This document shows positions 18,291 to 27,228 of a DNA stretch of 64,000 nt, piece after piece (the first letter of the stretch is position 1; every line of letters begins with the position of its first letter). The stretch spans positions 1 through 64,000 of IMG/VR virus record IMGVR_UViG_3300010396_000009. One strand, 5' to 3'. The position numbers were made by a program, and so were the translations under genes. The notes beneath the pieces are model-generated. The model searched no databases. It saw only the letters and a program-made list of their open reading frames with translations, and was not told the origin of the DNA. The DNA is from a virus.

Positions 18291-18340
18291 TTGTACTTAG
18301 TGTCGCATCGCCCGCACTGGAACTTGTTACCCTTGATCAT
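18107..18340 (-). CDS. small Zn-ribbon protein (tentative)
   Basis: CGRC...CPAC; start overlaps the MazG stop, but the ORF also overlaps the MTase 5' end. Confidence 0.4.
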   Translation of the reverse strand: MIKGNKFQCGRCDTKYKCHSLSLTSYENASIVWLCPACMAIARNVWLQFLREKPSGATSSPADSQADSKSTSTSSTT

Positions 18341-18828
18341 CTTTTCTTTTTCTTGTAATTCTTGAGGACAGTCTTCAGATCTGGCGCCCTATAATTTGCA
18401 CCCTTCTGCCGGACGCGGGCGCCGTCTGGGTCAGCCACCTGACGCTCCTTGGTCATGTTACTGGCATGGACCTCCTCAAAGGCCTCGACTAGCGGCAGAT
18501 CGTACGACACCGCAGTGCCCAGCAGCACGTAGAGCATGTCAGCTAAGGCATCTAGCAAGAGAAGCTCATCGCAGGTATGCAGCGCCGTAGCTTTCTCTGA
18601 AAGCTCCTCAGCGTCTAGGTGCAGGCGCAGATAGCGAATGTCGCTCGTCTCCTTGAACTTGGCAATCATGCGCTCAGCCAGTGTAGATAGCTCCGCGGCA
18701 GCCGCCTCCAATTCAGGGCTCGGGTCGAGCTTACCGTGAAGCTTCTGCCGATAGCCGATCCCGAGCTTGATGTGAAACGCTCGCACGTGCTCGATCGCCT
18801 GCTGCAGCGTTAGGTCAGAATTTTTCAC
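18337..18828 (-). CDS. MazG-like (PRA-PH family) nucleotide pyrophosphohydrolase
   Basis: EELSE, DALADMLYV and EEVHASNMTK motifs. Confidence 0.88.
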   Translation of the reverse strand: MKNSDLTLQQAIEHVRAFHIKLGIGYRQKLHGKLDPSPELEAAAAELSTLAERMIAKFKETSDIRYLRLHLDAEELSEKATALHTCDELLLLDALADMLYVLLGTAVSYDLPLVEAFEEVHASNMTKERQVADPDGARVRQKGANYRAPDLKTVLKNYKKKKR

Positions 18829-21673
18829 TCATGCCTCCTTTATCTCTTAGGTGGTCAGGTACCTGGGTTAACTCCATCTCCTTCAAGAGCGATATGAACT
18901 GCGGCGTCTTGATGTAGCCCTTCTCGGCCGGGCGACGCTTGACGGCTCGCTTCCTCACTAGTAGCGAGATCAGCTGAGCGGTCTGCTCATTGTCAAGCCC
19001 GGTCCAGTCCTTCACGTCAACCAGCGTGATGCAGTCATTGTACAGCAGCTGATCGCGCGCCTCATTAGGGAACGGCAGCCCGTCGATGAACTTGACTATC
19101 TGCTGTGGGTCGATCATGTCGCTCGTCGTTCTGATCGCCTCGGAGTAGAACTTATAGCCGAACGTCGGACTCCTATAGATCCTCAGCAGGTACTGCTCGA
19201 TGTACTCTGCATGGCACGGTCTAACTACGCACGTGAGCTCATCTCCTCCGTCCTCGCAGCTGAACGTTCGCATCGCGAGGGCAGCTGATAATCGGCTGAT
19301 TTTGTGCCGCGTTGATCCGCGATCTATGATCGGAATATCATCTGAGAACTCATCTGTGAGTCTACCAGAGATCTCAGAGATCAGTCGCGAGGTCTCTGGC
19401 AGTATGACGACCTGCTTTTGCTTACGAGTCCAGCACCAGAGGATCAGCTCTTTGCACATGTCAGTCGTGTATTGGTGCTCAATTTTCGGTGGATCGCGAA
19501 CAAGAGCGTTGAGAGCCCTCGCGTCTATCTCACCGTCAGCGACGATTATATGAGCATCAAATCTTCTGATGTCCTCGGGAGCGCCGATTAAGTTCTTGAT
19601 AGCCTCGACGCCGAACGCGTGCGATGACATCTTTCGATCATCGCGAGGATTAGATACGGCTATGAGCCTGGTCCTGGCTGGCGATCTGCGCTTCTCGATC
19701 TTCGTCGTCTGCGCGACGCCCGACGATCGCATGTCAGTCAGTGAGGCGATCACCTCGACGCGGGCTCCCTTGAGCTCCTCGAGTATCACGAGGCGACGAT
19801 CATGCTGCGGTATCACGCCCCACGAGACATACCACTGCCCGCCGACTTGCTTAAGACCACCTAATAATCCAGCGACGCTCGCATTCTTGCACGGCACGAT
19901 CTCGCCGAGCTGATAGTGCCGCATGAGCTTCTCGACGGTCTCTGACTTGCCGTTGGATGAATCTCCCACGATGAGCACCTCGACCCAGCCCTTCGTCAGC
20001 TTACCGTCCACGTCGAGGATCAGTGGAGAGTGATATGAGAGATCGACCATTAGGTGCATGTCGCGACGCAGGAATATCTTCGTCACATGGGTCTCAAGAT
20101 CTGCATAAATATCATTTAATTTTTCGCTAAGTGATTCTACTGTCCACTCTTTGGGTCTGAATACCCGAAGGCTTGGCAGGTCCTGCGGCTTATACTTCGA
20201 CAGCGAGTCATGGGTAGCCTCACTTTTGCTGAGCAGCAATGTAGCAGCCTGCGTCTTAGGGTGCGGCCACATCTTGCCGATGAACTTGTACGTGGTGTTT
20301 AGGTCGGCGTCACACTCCATGCAGATAGCATGCTGCATCGTGCGCTCGGTATCAGTGTTAGTGATCTCGAGCGACGGGTTTATTCGCACGTCCCATGCAT
20401 TGTAGTGGTCCTCGACAGAGATCCTGACCACCTCGCACTTGCGCGGGATCACGAGCGCGGCTCGCATCGCGGAGTCTAGCTTCTCATGCGGCACGTCGAT
20501 CATCTGAAGTATCGCGGGTGACTCGGCGGCGACATGAAACGTTTTCTTATCCTGCGGATAGATGCCGCACAGCGCACAGCACTCCTGGCTCTTGTCACAG
20601 TCGATGGTGATTCGCTTCGGAACGATGAATGGCTTGTCCATCGCGGCGGAGACAACAGCGTCAAAAGACATCCGCTTGCCAACGTTCGTGCTCTGAATCG
20701 TGTCGCTGAACTTGGTCTCGGCAGGCAGCGCGTCGGGATCCTCTTCTACTTTTTTACCGGTGTCCACATACTCCGTGACCTTTGTGAGCTCGGCAAACAA
20801 GTCACCCTTCACCTTGGCGACGAAGTCGTTAATGTCGCCTTTCGGATACGTGTCCCTGTCAAGCGGCAGATGTAGTATGCCAAGCCACTTGACCACCGGT
20901 CGCAGCACGACTGCTAATTTTATAGAGGCCTTGATACCAGCCTCGTCCACGTCCATGCATATCCACGCTCGCTTGCCAGCGAATCGCGACGTCAGGCCCG
21001 TGTGCCACTTACCCTCGCCGGATGTGGCGCTTACACAGCCAATCTTGTGCTTGTTGAGCTCCTGAGCCGCGACAAGAGCCTTCACCTCGCCGCCGCATAG
21101 CAAGATATCATCATACTCCATCTGGTCGATGGGATACAGGCGCACCGGCGTCCCGCGACCAGCGGCATTCTTGAACTTGGTTGGGCCAGGCGCACCGGGC
21201 AGATAGTACCTGATGTTGACATAAGCTCCGCTATCATTCGCGATTGGGATGGTCACCCTGTTCTCGTGACAACCCAGTCGTCGCTTGCGAATGGTGACAT
21301 CTGTCACACCGCGAGCATATAGCTCCGACAAGAGATGCTTCTGCTCCCAGATAGCCTGGTGCTCGCGCTCGATCACGTCTATGTTGATCGTCTTGACCTG
21401 CTCAAGGTCATATCGCTTCTGCAGGTCAATGAATATTGCCGCTCGCGAGGTTTTCCAGACAGCGGCGAGGAACGATATGAAGTCGCCGCCCTTGTTGCAC
21501 TGCGAGGCGTGGCAATAAAACTGCAGCGTTTTTAGGTTAAGGCTGCAGCTGGGAGTCGCGTCCTCATGGAATGGGCAGCGAACCTTCACCTCGTCACCCG
21601 AGAGGGGAAGAATCGGCGTCCATTTTGCTCGCTCGAGCTCAGTAAGTGCAGAGATCTGGGCCGCTTTTGCCAT
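18815..21673 (-). CDS. DnaG-type primase (CHC2 + TOPRIM) fused to an MCM-like AAA+ helicase
   Basis: CPFHED..C..C; DVD; GDINDF; CDKSQECCALC; VGDSSNGKS; ASVAGLLGG; LEEL; VSNP; IRRFD. Confidence 0.85.
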   Translation of the reverse strand: MAKAAQISALTELERAKWTPILPLSGDEVKVRCPFHEDATPSCSLNLKTLQFYCHASQCNKGGDFISFLAAVWKTSRAAIFIDLQKRYDLEQVKTINIDVIEREHQAIWEQKHLLSELYARGVTDVTIRKRRLGCHENRVTIPIANDSGAYVNIRYYLPGAPGPTKFKNAAGRGTPVRLYPIDQMEYDDILLCGGEVKALVAAQELNKHKIGCVSATSGEGKWHTGLTSRFAGKRAWICMDVDEAGIKASIKLAVVLRPVVKWLGILHLPLDRDTYPKGDINDFVAKVKGDLFAELTKVTEYVDTGKKVEEDPDALPAETKFSDTIQSTNVGKRMSFDAVVSAAMDKPFIVPKRITIDCDKSQECCALCGIYPQDKKTFHVAAESPAILQMIDVPHEKLDSAMRAALVIPRKCEVVRISVEDHYNAWDVRINPSLEITNTDTERTMQHAICMECDADLNTTYKFIGKMWPHPKTQAATLLLSKSEATHDSLSKYKPQDLPSLRVFRPKEWTVESLSEKLNDIYADLETHVTKIFLRRDMHLMVDLSYHSPLILDVDGKLTKGWVEVLIVGDSSNGKSETVEKLMRHYQLGEIVPCKNASVAGLLGGLKQVGGQWYVSWGVIPQHDRRLVILEELKGARVEVIASLTDMRSSGVAQTTKIEKRRSPARTRLIAVSNPRDDRKMSSHAFGVEAIKNLIGAPEDIRRFDAHIIVADGEIDARALNALVRDPPKIEHQYTTDMCKELILWCWTRKQKQVVILPETSRLISEISGRLTDEFSDDIPIIDRGSTRHKISRLSAALAMRTFSCEDGGDELTCVVRPCHAEYIEQYLLRIYRSPTFGYKFYSEAIRTTSDMIDPQQIVKFIDGLPFPNEARDQLLYNDCITLVDVKDWTGLDNEQTAQLISLLVRKRAVKRRPAEKGYIKTPQFISLLKEMELTQVPDHLRDKGGMSEKF

Positions 21674-21702
21674 ATTGGTGGAACGAGTGCATCATGCGGA
21701 GA

Positions 21703-21743
21703 ATAAGAAACCCGGCGGCAGCTCTTACAATACTACCGCCGGG
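21703..21743 (-). terminator. intrinsic terminator after the SSB-like gene
   Basis: CCCGGCGGTAG/CTGCCGCCGGG stem followed by TTTCTTAT. Confidence 0.75.
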
Positions 21744-21762
21744 CGGACCAGGGCAGTGCTTC

Positions 21763-22629
21763 CTAGAACTTGCTCTCCCCGCTCGTCTCCGCGGCCTGGG
21801 CCTCGGCCTCTTCCTCCTCATGGTCAGTGACCAAGAGTCGCTCGGCGTGCTTGGCTTTCAGGTCGCGATGCGCCTGCTGAAGGGCCTGGGCCTCGCCGGG
21901 ATCCATGACAAAGGGTGAAACACCCTCGACGGTCGGCGACGACACGTCGATGCCGTACCATTCGCCACCCTCCGAAGTGCGCTTCTTGGGGTTCACCCGA
22001 CCCTCGTAGACCTGGCCCCACAGCGGAACTTGTTGTGACTTCATCGAGATCATGTCACAGAGCCGCTGCCCGCGAGCGTACTCGCCGCCCGAGAATGTCA
22101 GGAGCACAGGAATTCGCGACAGCTCCTCCTGGAGCGCGAGCCAGCACACGAAGTTGAAGTACTGCTTGTGCTTGATCATGAACTTATCATTCTCTGGGCA
22201 CTTCTCTGTGCGCTTGTCCTTGTCGCGAGACTTGATCGCGATGTCCGAGCCTGGGTCAAATGACTGGGCGCGGATCATCGGAAGCTTGTCCTTCATCTGG
22301 AACGGGTTGACCGTGCACCACTCGCTGAAGAACAGCAGCGGAATGAAGTGAAACGGTACATCGTTCTCAGCGAGCAGCATATTCACAGGGGTCACGATGA
22401 CCGATCCCTCCTGAAAGTCGCTGAAGATGCTCGTCCGATTGGACTGCATCACCTTCAACCGACCTGGGCGAAGGTACTTGCGCACCTCCTCGGTGCCCTC
22501 GCCGGCCGCGACCCTGAGGTGCTCAGGAATCTGCGACGCAAGCCCTGTTGGTCCACCGAGGATCAACCCATAACCTGGGCGCGGAGCCTCGGCAACTGCG
22601 ACATCAGTACTCTCTTGCTTCTTAGCCAT
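21763..22629 (-). CDS. putative single-stranded DNA-binding protein
   Basis: Position before the primase-helicase, own promoter and terminator, acidic tail ending in Phe. Confidence 0.55.
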   Translation of the reverse strand: MAKKQESTDVAVAEAPRPGYGLILGGPTGLASQIPEHLRVAAGEGTEEVRKYLRPGRLKVMQSNRTSIFSDFQEGSVIVTPVNMLLAENDVPFHFIPLLFFSEWCTVNPFQMKDKLPMIRAQSFDPGSDIAIKSRDKDKRTEKCPENDKFMIKHKQYFNFVCWLALQEELSRIPVLLTFSGGEYARGQRLCDMISMKSQQVPLWGQVYEGRVNPKKRTSEGGEWYGIDVSSPTVEGVSPFVMDPGEAQALQQAHRDLKAKHAERLLVTDHEEEEAEAQAAETSGESKF

Positions 22630-22714
22630 TTTACATCTTCTTTCTATCAGGCCCCTCGATTAGTAAAGAATCGCTGCTAGGCCGAGGCCAGAGCCAGAAG
22701 CGATCACGAGGCGT

Positions 22715-22743
22715 ATTATACTCTGCAAGCTCTGCTCAGTACA
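22715..22743 (-). promoter_or_regulatory. sigma70-type promoter TGTACT-N17-TATAAT
   Basis: 17-nt spacer; intergenic. Confidence 0.65.
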
Positions 22744-22750
22744 CACTAAA

Positions 22751-23461
22751 TTAAAAAATATTCTCCTCTTCATCGCTCTCGGGTTTTGGGTCGTCTGACC
22801 CCTCGGTATTTTTTGCGTCCTGATCATGCAGAAGGCCCTTGAGCATAATCGCCAGCGCGTTAAGCGCTGCGTAGTCATTCGGGTCAGTCTTAGCCGCGGC
22901 CTTCATGATGTTCTGCTGCTTCTTGAGCAGCTCTGGATCACTGATTACGCCGGGCTCGACTCCTTTCTTGTTGCGAATCGTTACCCTATACTGCGGCAGC
23001 ATCTTGGATGGATCGCATCCAGGTGGAATATTGCCGCCCTTGGCGATGTCCTCGCTGATTCGCTCGAGCATAGACGGCCAGTGCGGCCTGAACGGCACTC
23101 CTTCCGGGATCTTGAAGTACTCGCGCATCAGCTCGTACTCGGGCGACCCGTACTTCGGAGTCACGACCGTCTGCTTGACCTCGGGCGAGCCAGTGCACTT
23201 CTCTGTCCTGATCGGCTCGTAGTCACCCTTCAGGGTCCAACACATGCACGCAAGGCGCTCAAAAAACTCATAGAGCTTCTTGACCTCCCTGCGGATGTCC
23301 TCCAGGGCGGCAGCGGCCTCCTTGAGAGCGTATATCGAGTCAACGAGTGCCTCGAGATCCGGCTTGGTGGCCCCGGTTTGTCGCAGCTCCATTAACTTGT
23401 GATAAATGTGCTCATGCGCTCGACGAGCCTCCGCATGGATATCCCTATCTAGTTGCTGCAT
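22751..23461 (-). CDS. hypothetical replication-module protein
   Basis: N-terminal coiled coil and an acidic tail ending in Phe. Confidence 0.65.
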   Translation of the reverse strand: MQQLDRDIHAEARRAHEHIYHKLMELRQTGATKPDLEALVDSIYALKEAAAALEDIRREVKKLYEFFERLACMCWTLKGDYEPIRTEKCTGSPEVKQTVVTPKYGSPEYELMREYFKIPEGVPFRPHWPSMLERISEDIAKGGNIPPGCDPSKMLPQYRVTIRNKKGVEPGVISDPELLKKQQNIMKAAAKTDPNDYAALNALAIMLKGLLHDQDAKNTEGSDDPKPESDEEENIF

Positions 23462-23488
23462 TGCATCACCCTTTTCTAAACATAGGAC

Positions 23489-23821
23489 TTAGGACATAGA
23501 ACTGCTTAGCGCGCTCAGGTCAACCTCTCGAAAGTTTCTGACGTCCTTGTCATGATCGAAGCACAATAGCCTCACATCGCCGTACAGCCAGACCGCGACC
23601 GCCAGCATGATAGATACGTCGATCATCTTGCCGGACACGGCAATCGCGTCCTCGCTCGGATCGAAGCTATTCTCGCGGAACGCCTGATCTACTTGGCTCA
23701 TGAAGCCAGGATCATGCCAAGGAAAGTGCTTAGACTCGTCGCTGAACAAGAACACAAGCGGCCCGAACTTCTTGGCCTTGAACATCGAGTACTCAGTGGG
23801 CTCGAGCACGAAGACACGCAT
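23489..23821 (-). CDS. hypothetical protein
   Basis: GAGGTG SD and an upstream promoter. Confidence 0.65.
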   Translation of the reverse strand: MRVFVLEPTEYSMFKAKKFGPLVFLFSDESKHFPWHDPGFMSQVDQAFRENSFDPSEDAIAVSGKMIDVSIMLAVAVWLYGDVRLLCFDHDKDVRNFREVDLSALSSSMS

Positions 23822-23860
23822 CGTGATTCACCTCATAGATATAGGACACAGGACTTTGAT

Positions 23861-23889
23861 ATTATACCAATGACCCGTGATGATGTACA
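23861..23889 (-). promoter_or_regulatory. sigma70-type promoter TGTACA-N17-TATAAT with extended -10, heading the replication module
   Basis: 17-nt spacer; intergenic. Confidence 0.8.
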
Positions 23890-23891
23890 CC

Positions 23892-24788
23892 CTAACCGTC
23901 TTCCCTGCGAGTAGTGAAATACTCAGCGACTCCTCTCACGAGTCGTTGCTTATTCTTGAGTGCGTGCTCTGTCCACGACACCGCGCCGTTCTCAAGAATC
24001 TCTAGATCGGTATCCGGATCCACTTCGCGCATCCAATAGCGACGCTCGCTGTTCTGTCGATCGCGAAGATCTCCGTGCCACATATGAACAACACTGCCCA
24101 TCACGAATCCCATCTCACCCTTGACGTCTATCTGCCAATCAGCGGCCCACCTGGCCAGGTGCCTCGCCATAGGCTTGCCGATCGACTCATCGAATCCTGG
24201 TGACTTATCTAGGGTGAACCCGCGAAGCATCGCTGAGTCGCCGCAACCAGTGATCATATATGGGTAGAGCTTATTCTTCTTAAGCAACTCTGAGCGAGCG
24301 GCCCATGCGAAGCCTGGATGTGATACTGAGAAGTCTCGCCAGCACTCGTGGCCCGTCGAGTAGTGCCAGCCAACTGAGCGCACAGTCGACGCGATCTCAT
24401 CATCGCGATCCAAAAGGTGTGCCTGGCTGAACATTTGAACTACCGGGAAGTGATCGAGCTCTCTCCTTGTCGCCTCGAGCCAGCCGTCGCGCATGAACAA
24501 GATGTCTGCATCAATCCACGCGATGGCCTCATAGCTATCTGCGAGATGATCGATCAGGGTGTTGAGCAGCGCCTCCTTCTGCCATAGCGTGCAGCGGTCG
24601 CGAGGTACGACGATAGAGTTAAGGTCGTTCGCCTGATCATCGAACGCAAGGTGAGCCATCGCGTACGGCGCATCATACTCGTGAAGCATCCTGCGAAACC
24701 TCGCGAGATTATATGCGGGCCTCACGTAATTACAGGGATTGAAATGAGTAAAAATGATGCAGAGCGGCTCTTTTGACATGAAAACCAA
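23892..24788 (-). CDS. GT-A fold glycosyltransferase-like protein
   Basis: WQKEALLN, WIDAD (DxD), GFAWA, GD and HMWHG. Confidence 0.7.
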   Translation of the reverse strand: MVFMSKEPLCIIFTHFNPCNYVRPAYNLARFRRMLHEYDAPYAMAHLAFDDQANDLNSIVVPRDRCTLWQKEALLNTLIDHLADSYEAIAWIDADILFMRDGWLEATRRELDHFPVVQMFSQAHLLDRDDEIASTVRSVGWHYSTGHECWRDFSVSHPGFAWAARSELLKKNKLYPYMITGCGDSAMLRGFTLDKSPGFDESIGKPMARHLARWAADWQIDVKGEMGFVMGSVVHMWHGDLRDRQNSERRYWMREVDPDTDLEILENGAVSWTEHALKNKQRLVRGVAEYFTTRREDG

Positions 24789-24933
24789 CCTTATAGCGGT
24801 CTCTGGTAAGGCCCAGGAATGGGATAGATTAGTTAAATGATTATTCCATCAGGTTAACTGTGGACATTAATTCGGGAAAGTAATTATGACTCATTTCCTA
24901 GTTTACCAGCCTTACCTATTTTAACAGCAAGTA

Positions 24934-25239
24934 TCACAGCTCCAGCCCAAGATTCCTGTGCCTTGCTTGGGCGACCTTCAAGCTGGGCATGGCTCGCTCA
25001 AGAGCGTGGTCCACGTCGCAGGCCCTAAGGTAGATCCTAAACTCGTCATGCGAGTACTTGTTGCTATCATCCAGGCACTCCATGACGATGACCTGATCTA
25101 TACTCCAGAGTGATGTATCGAGCGCCCTGCAGACATCGACGTAACCCTTCGACGTGAGTCGCACTCTCCATAGCACCATTGGCTTAGTGAATCGCCCAAG
25201 CATGATCAGCAATCGTCGAAACCAGTTAGTATAGATCAT
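24934..25239 (-). CDS. hypothetical protein
   Basis: Start overlaps the stop of the upstream GT. Confidence 0.5.
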   Translation of the reverse strand: MIYTNWFRRLLIMLGRFTKPMVLWRVRLTSKGYVDVCRALDTSLWSIDQVIVMECLDDSNKYSHDEFRIYLRACDVDHALERAMPSLKVAQARHRNLGLEL

Positions 25240-26003
25240 GGTTTGAACCCAGTAGGAGAATGCCCTGGCACGTCTACGTGCTCGTTGAACTCGCCAGGTG
25301 ATGGTCGCTCACCTCGCCAACCCTTGGTCCTTACAAGGAGTCGCATGTCCTTATCGTGATCAGCGAGCTTATCTATGATCGCGCCATCACGACGAGGGGA
25401 TATGCGCCCACACCAATTAGTGTCGTGTGGTCCAAGGTGAAGAACATAGAACGGCAAATAGACTTTCTCGGCCGGTGTCCAGCGAGATTGAAAATAACCA
25501 TCCCCACCTCCGGCGTGTGTGAATGTGACATCGTACCACGGACGCTTCTTTATATGAGAGTCGTCAGCATGAAACAAGTGAAAGTAACCCGCAAAGCACA
25601 CATCCTTGATCGGCGACAATTGACTCCACTCAAAGCTGGGAGTCCATGATAGCGGATCCTGCAGCACTAGGCGACGAGCGCTATACAGCGTAGACTGATT
25701 GAGCCTATGTAGTGATAGTCGCTCAGGGAGCAGAGTATCAGCGTCAAATACTATAATCCATCCATCGCGACCAAGTGCGTCAAATCCCTCCTCCATCGCC
25801 AGGCCCTTATTGAACTTGGCCCCGTGCCTATAAAAGGCGTCTGTTTCAAAAACCTTGGCACCTGGCACCTTGGAGACTACGTCCTTGGTTCTTTGATCGT
25901 CTGGGTGAGTCACGACGACGCATTCGCTCAGGTGACGCATGTTGCGCACTAGAGTGATCTCCAGCAGGTCGTCGTATCCAACGCAGATCGTGATACCCTT
26001 CAC
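25236..26003 (-). CDS. GT-A fold glycosyltransferase
   Basis: FNKG, VFDAD (DxD), GYFHLF, GGGD and HLG. Confidence 0.75.
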   Translation of the reverse strand: MKGITICVGYDDLLEITLVRNMRHLSECVVVTHPDDQRTKDVVSKVPGAKVFETDAFYRHGAKFNKGLAMEEGFDALGRDGWIIVFDADTLLPERLSLHRLNQSTLYSARRLVLQDPLSWTPSFEWSQLSPIKDVCFAGYFHLFHADDSHIKKRPWYDVTFTHAGGGDGYFQSRWTPAEKVYLPFYVLHLGPHDTNWCGRISPRRDGAIIDKLADHDKDMRLLVRTKGWRGERPSPGEFNEHVDVPGHSPTGFKP

Positions 26004-26659
26004 GCTTTTCTCCCTATGGCGTATAAAAAGCTCTCACGCTCTATGATCTTTCGCTTCGCTATGCGGCAATCCGTTAACCCGGCGTTCATCATGCAGCTAA
26101 GCAGAGTCTGCTCGTTGAAGAACCACCAATGATCTGGGTTGCATGGATCCTCATCATCAGGGACTATGATAATCATATGCCCATCTCGCGTTACATGACG
26201 AACTAGAAGCTTGAGCTGCTCTGGAGCATCTCTCAGGTGCTCTAGCACATGAGCCGCTAGGATCAGGTCGTATGTATCGCGAAATAGCTCGATCGCCTCG
26301 CAGCTGCAAAGATACGCGTTATGACCCTGCGCAATCATCCAATCAATGGCGTACTGCCTTGTATCTATGCCGACGTAGTCATAGCTGAGACTTATTAACC
26401 ACTCGGCGTATGGGCTCAGCCCGCATCCCACCTCGAGTGCTTCTCCGCCAAGCAGATAGTCAAAGTGCGCGCCAAGCGCATCACCTAGCTCTTTGATATA
26501 GGTGCTTGGCTCAGCTTTCATCATGTCTTCATAGTACTGTTTGCCAAACGACAATGACTCCCGCTCTTTTATGTGAAACTCACACTTCGAGAGGCATCGC
26601 TGCACACTGCTGTCGACATCTATCTCATTGACACAACCACACTCTAGGTTGATGCTCAT
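26000..26659 (-). CDS. class I SAM-dependent methyltransferase (start MSINL at 26659)
   Basis: LEVGCG, GID and YDLILAAHVLEHL. Confidence 0.85.
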   Translation of the reverse strand: MSINLECGCVNEIDVDSSVQRCLSKCEFHIKERESLSFGKQYYEDMMKAEPSTYIKELGDALGAHFDYLLGGEALEVGCGLSPYAEWLISLSYDYVGIDTRQYAIDWMIAQGHNAYLCSCEAIELFRDTYDLILAAHVLEHLRDAPEQLKLLVRHVTRDGHMIIIVPDDEDPCNPDHWWFFNEQTLLSCMMNAGLTDCRIAKRKIIERESFLYAIGRKA

Positions 26660-27228
26660 GCTCGCTTCCAATCTGGTCCAGGAATGCCCATCTTGTAGAT
26701 GTACCATGACGGGAGCACCTCATGCGTCAGATAGACAGTGCCGTCTATCTCATCAGCGAACTCCTGCACAGCTCGCATTACTCCTGGGTGAGTCTCATCA
26801 TAGTCATGCCCGGCTAGTATTCCGCGATCGCTCAGCTTCTCCCACCATATCTTTATGTCCGTTTTTACGGCCTCATATGAATGATCCGCGTCTATGTACA
26901 CCCAGTCGATCGGTGGTGGGGTGTATAGATGAATTTTCTCAGCCACGACCACAGAGGATTCGAGTATGAGCCGCGCCCTGCCTGAGTGCGCTGAGTACTT
27001 GCTGACAGCTGCGTGAAAGTCTCCCTCACGGCTAAGCGAGTGATCAAAGTGCCTGGCATAATCGTCGACGCCAAAGTAAGTGTGCCCGTACCATGAGTTG
27101 AAAAAGTGCTGGGAGTACTCACCGCGATCGACGCCAATCTCCACACAGCAATATAACCGTCGCCAATTGCAGAGCAATGAGAGCTCTAGGCGATGGTCGA
27201 CCTCATGTGACTTGACTATCTTACTCAT
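26656..27228 (-). CDS. Methyltransf_24-like SAM methyltransferase (sugar O-methyltransferase type)
   Basis: VEIGVDRG, YIDADHSYEAVKTD and GILAGHDY. Confidence 0.88.
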   Translation of the reverse strand: MSKIVKSHEVDHRLELSLLCNWRRLYCCVEIGVDRGEYSQHFFNSWYGHTYFGVDDYARHFDHSLSREGDFHAAVSKYSAHSGRARLILESSVVVAEKIHLYTPPPIDWVYIDADHSYEAVKTDIKIWWEKLSDRGILAGHDYDETHPGVMRAVQEFADEIDGTVYLTHEVLPSWYIYKMGIPGPDWKRA

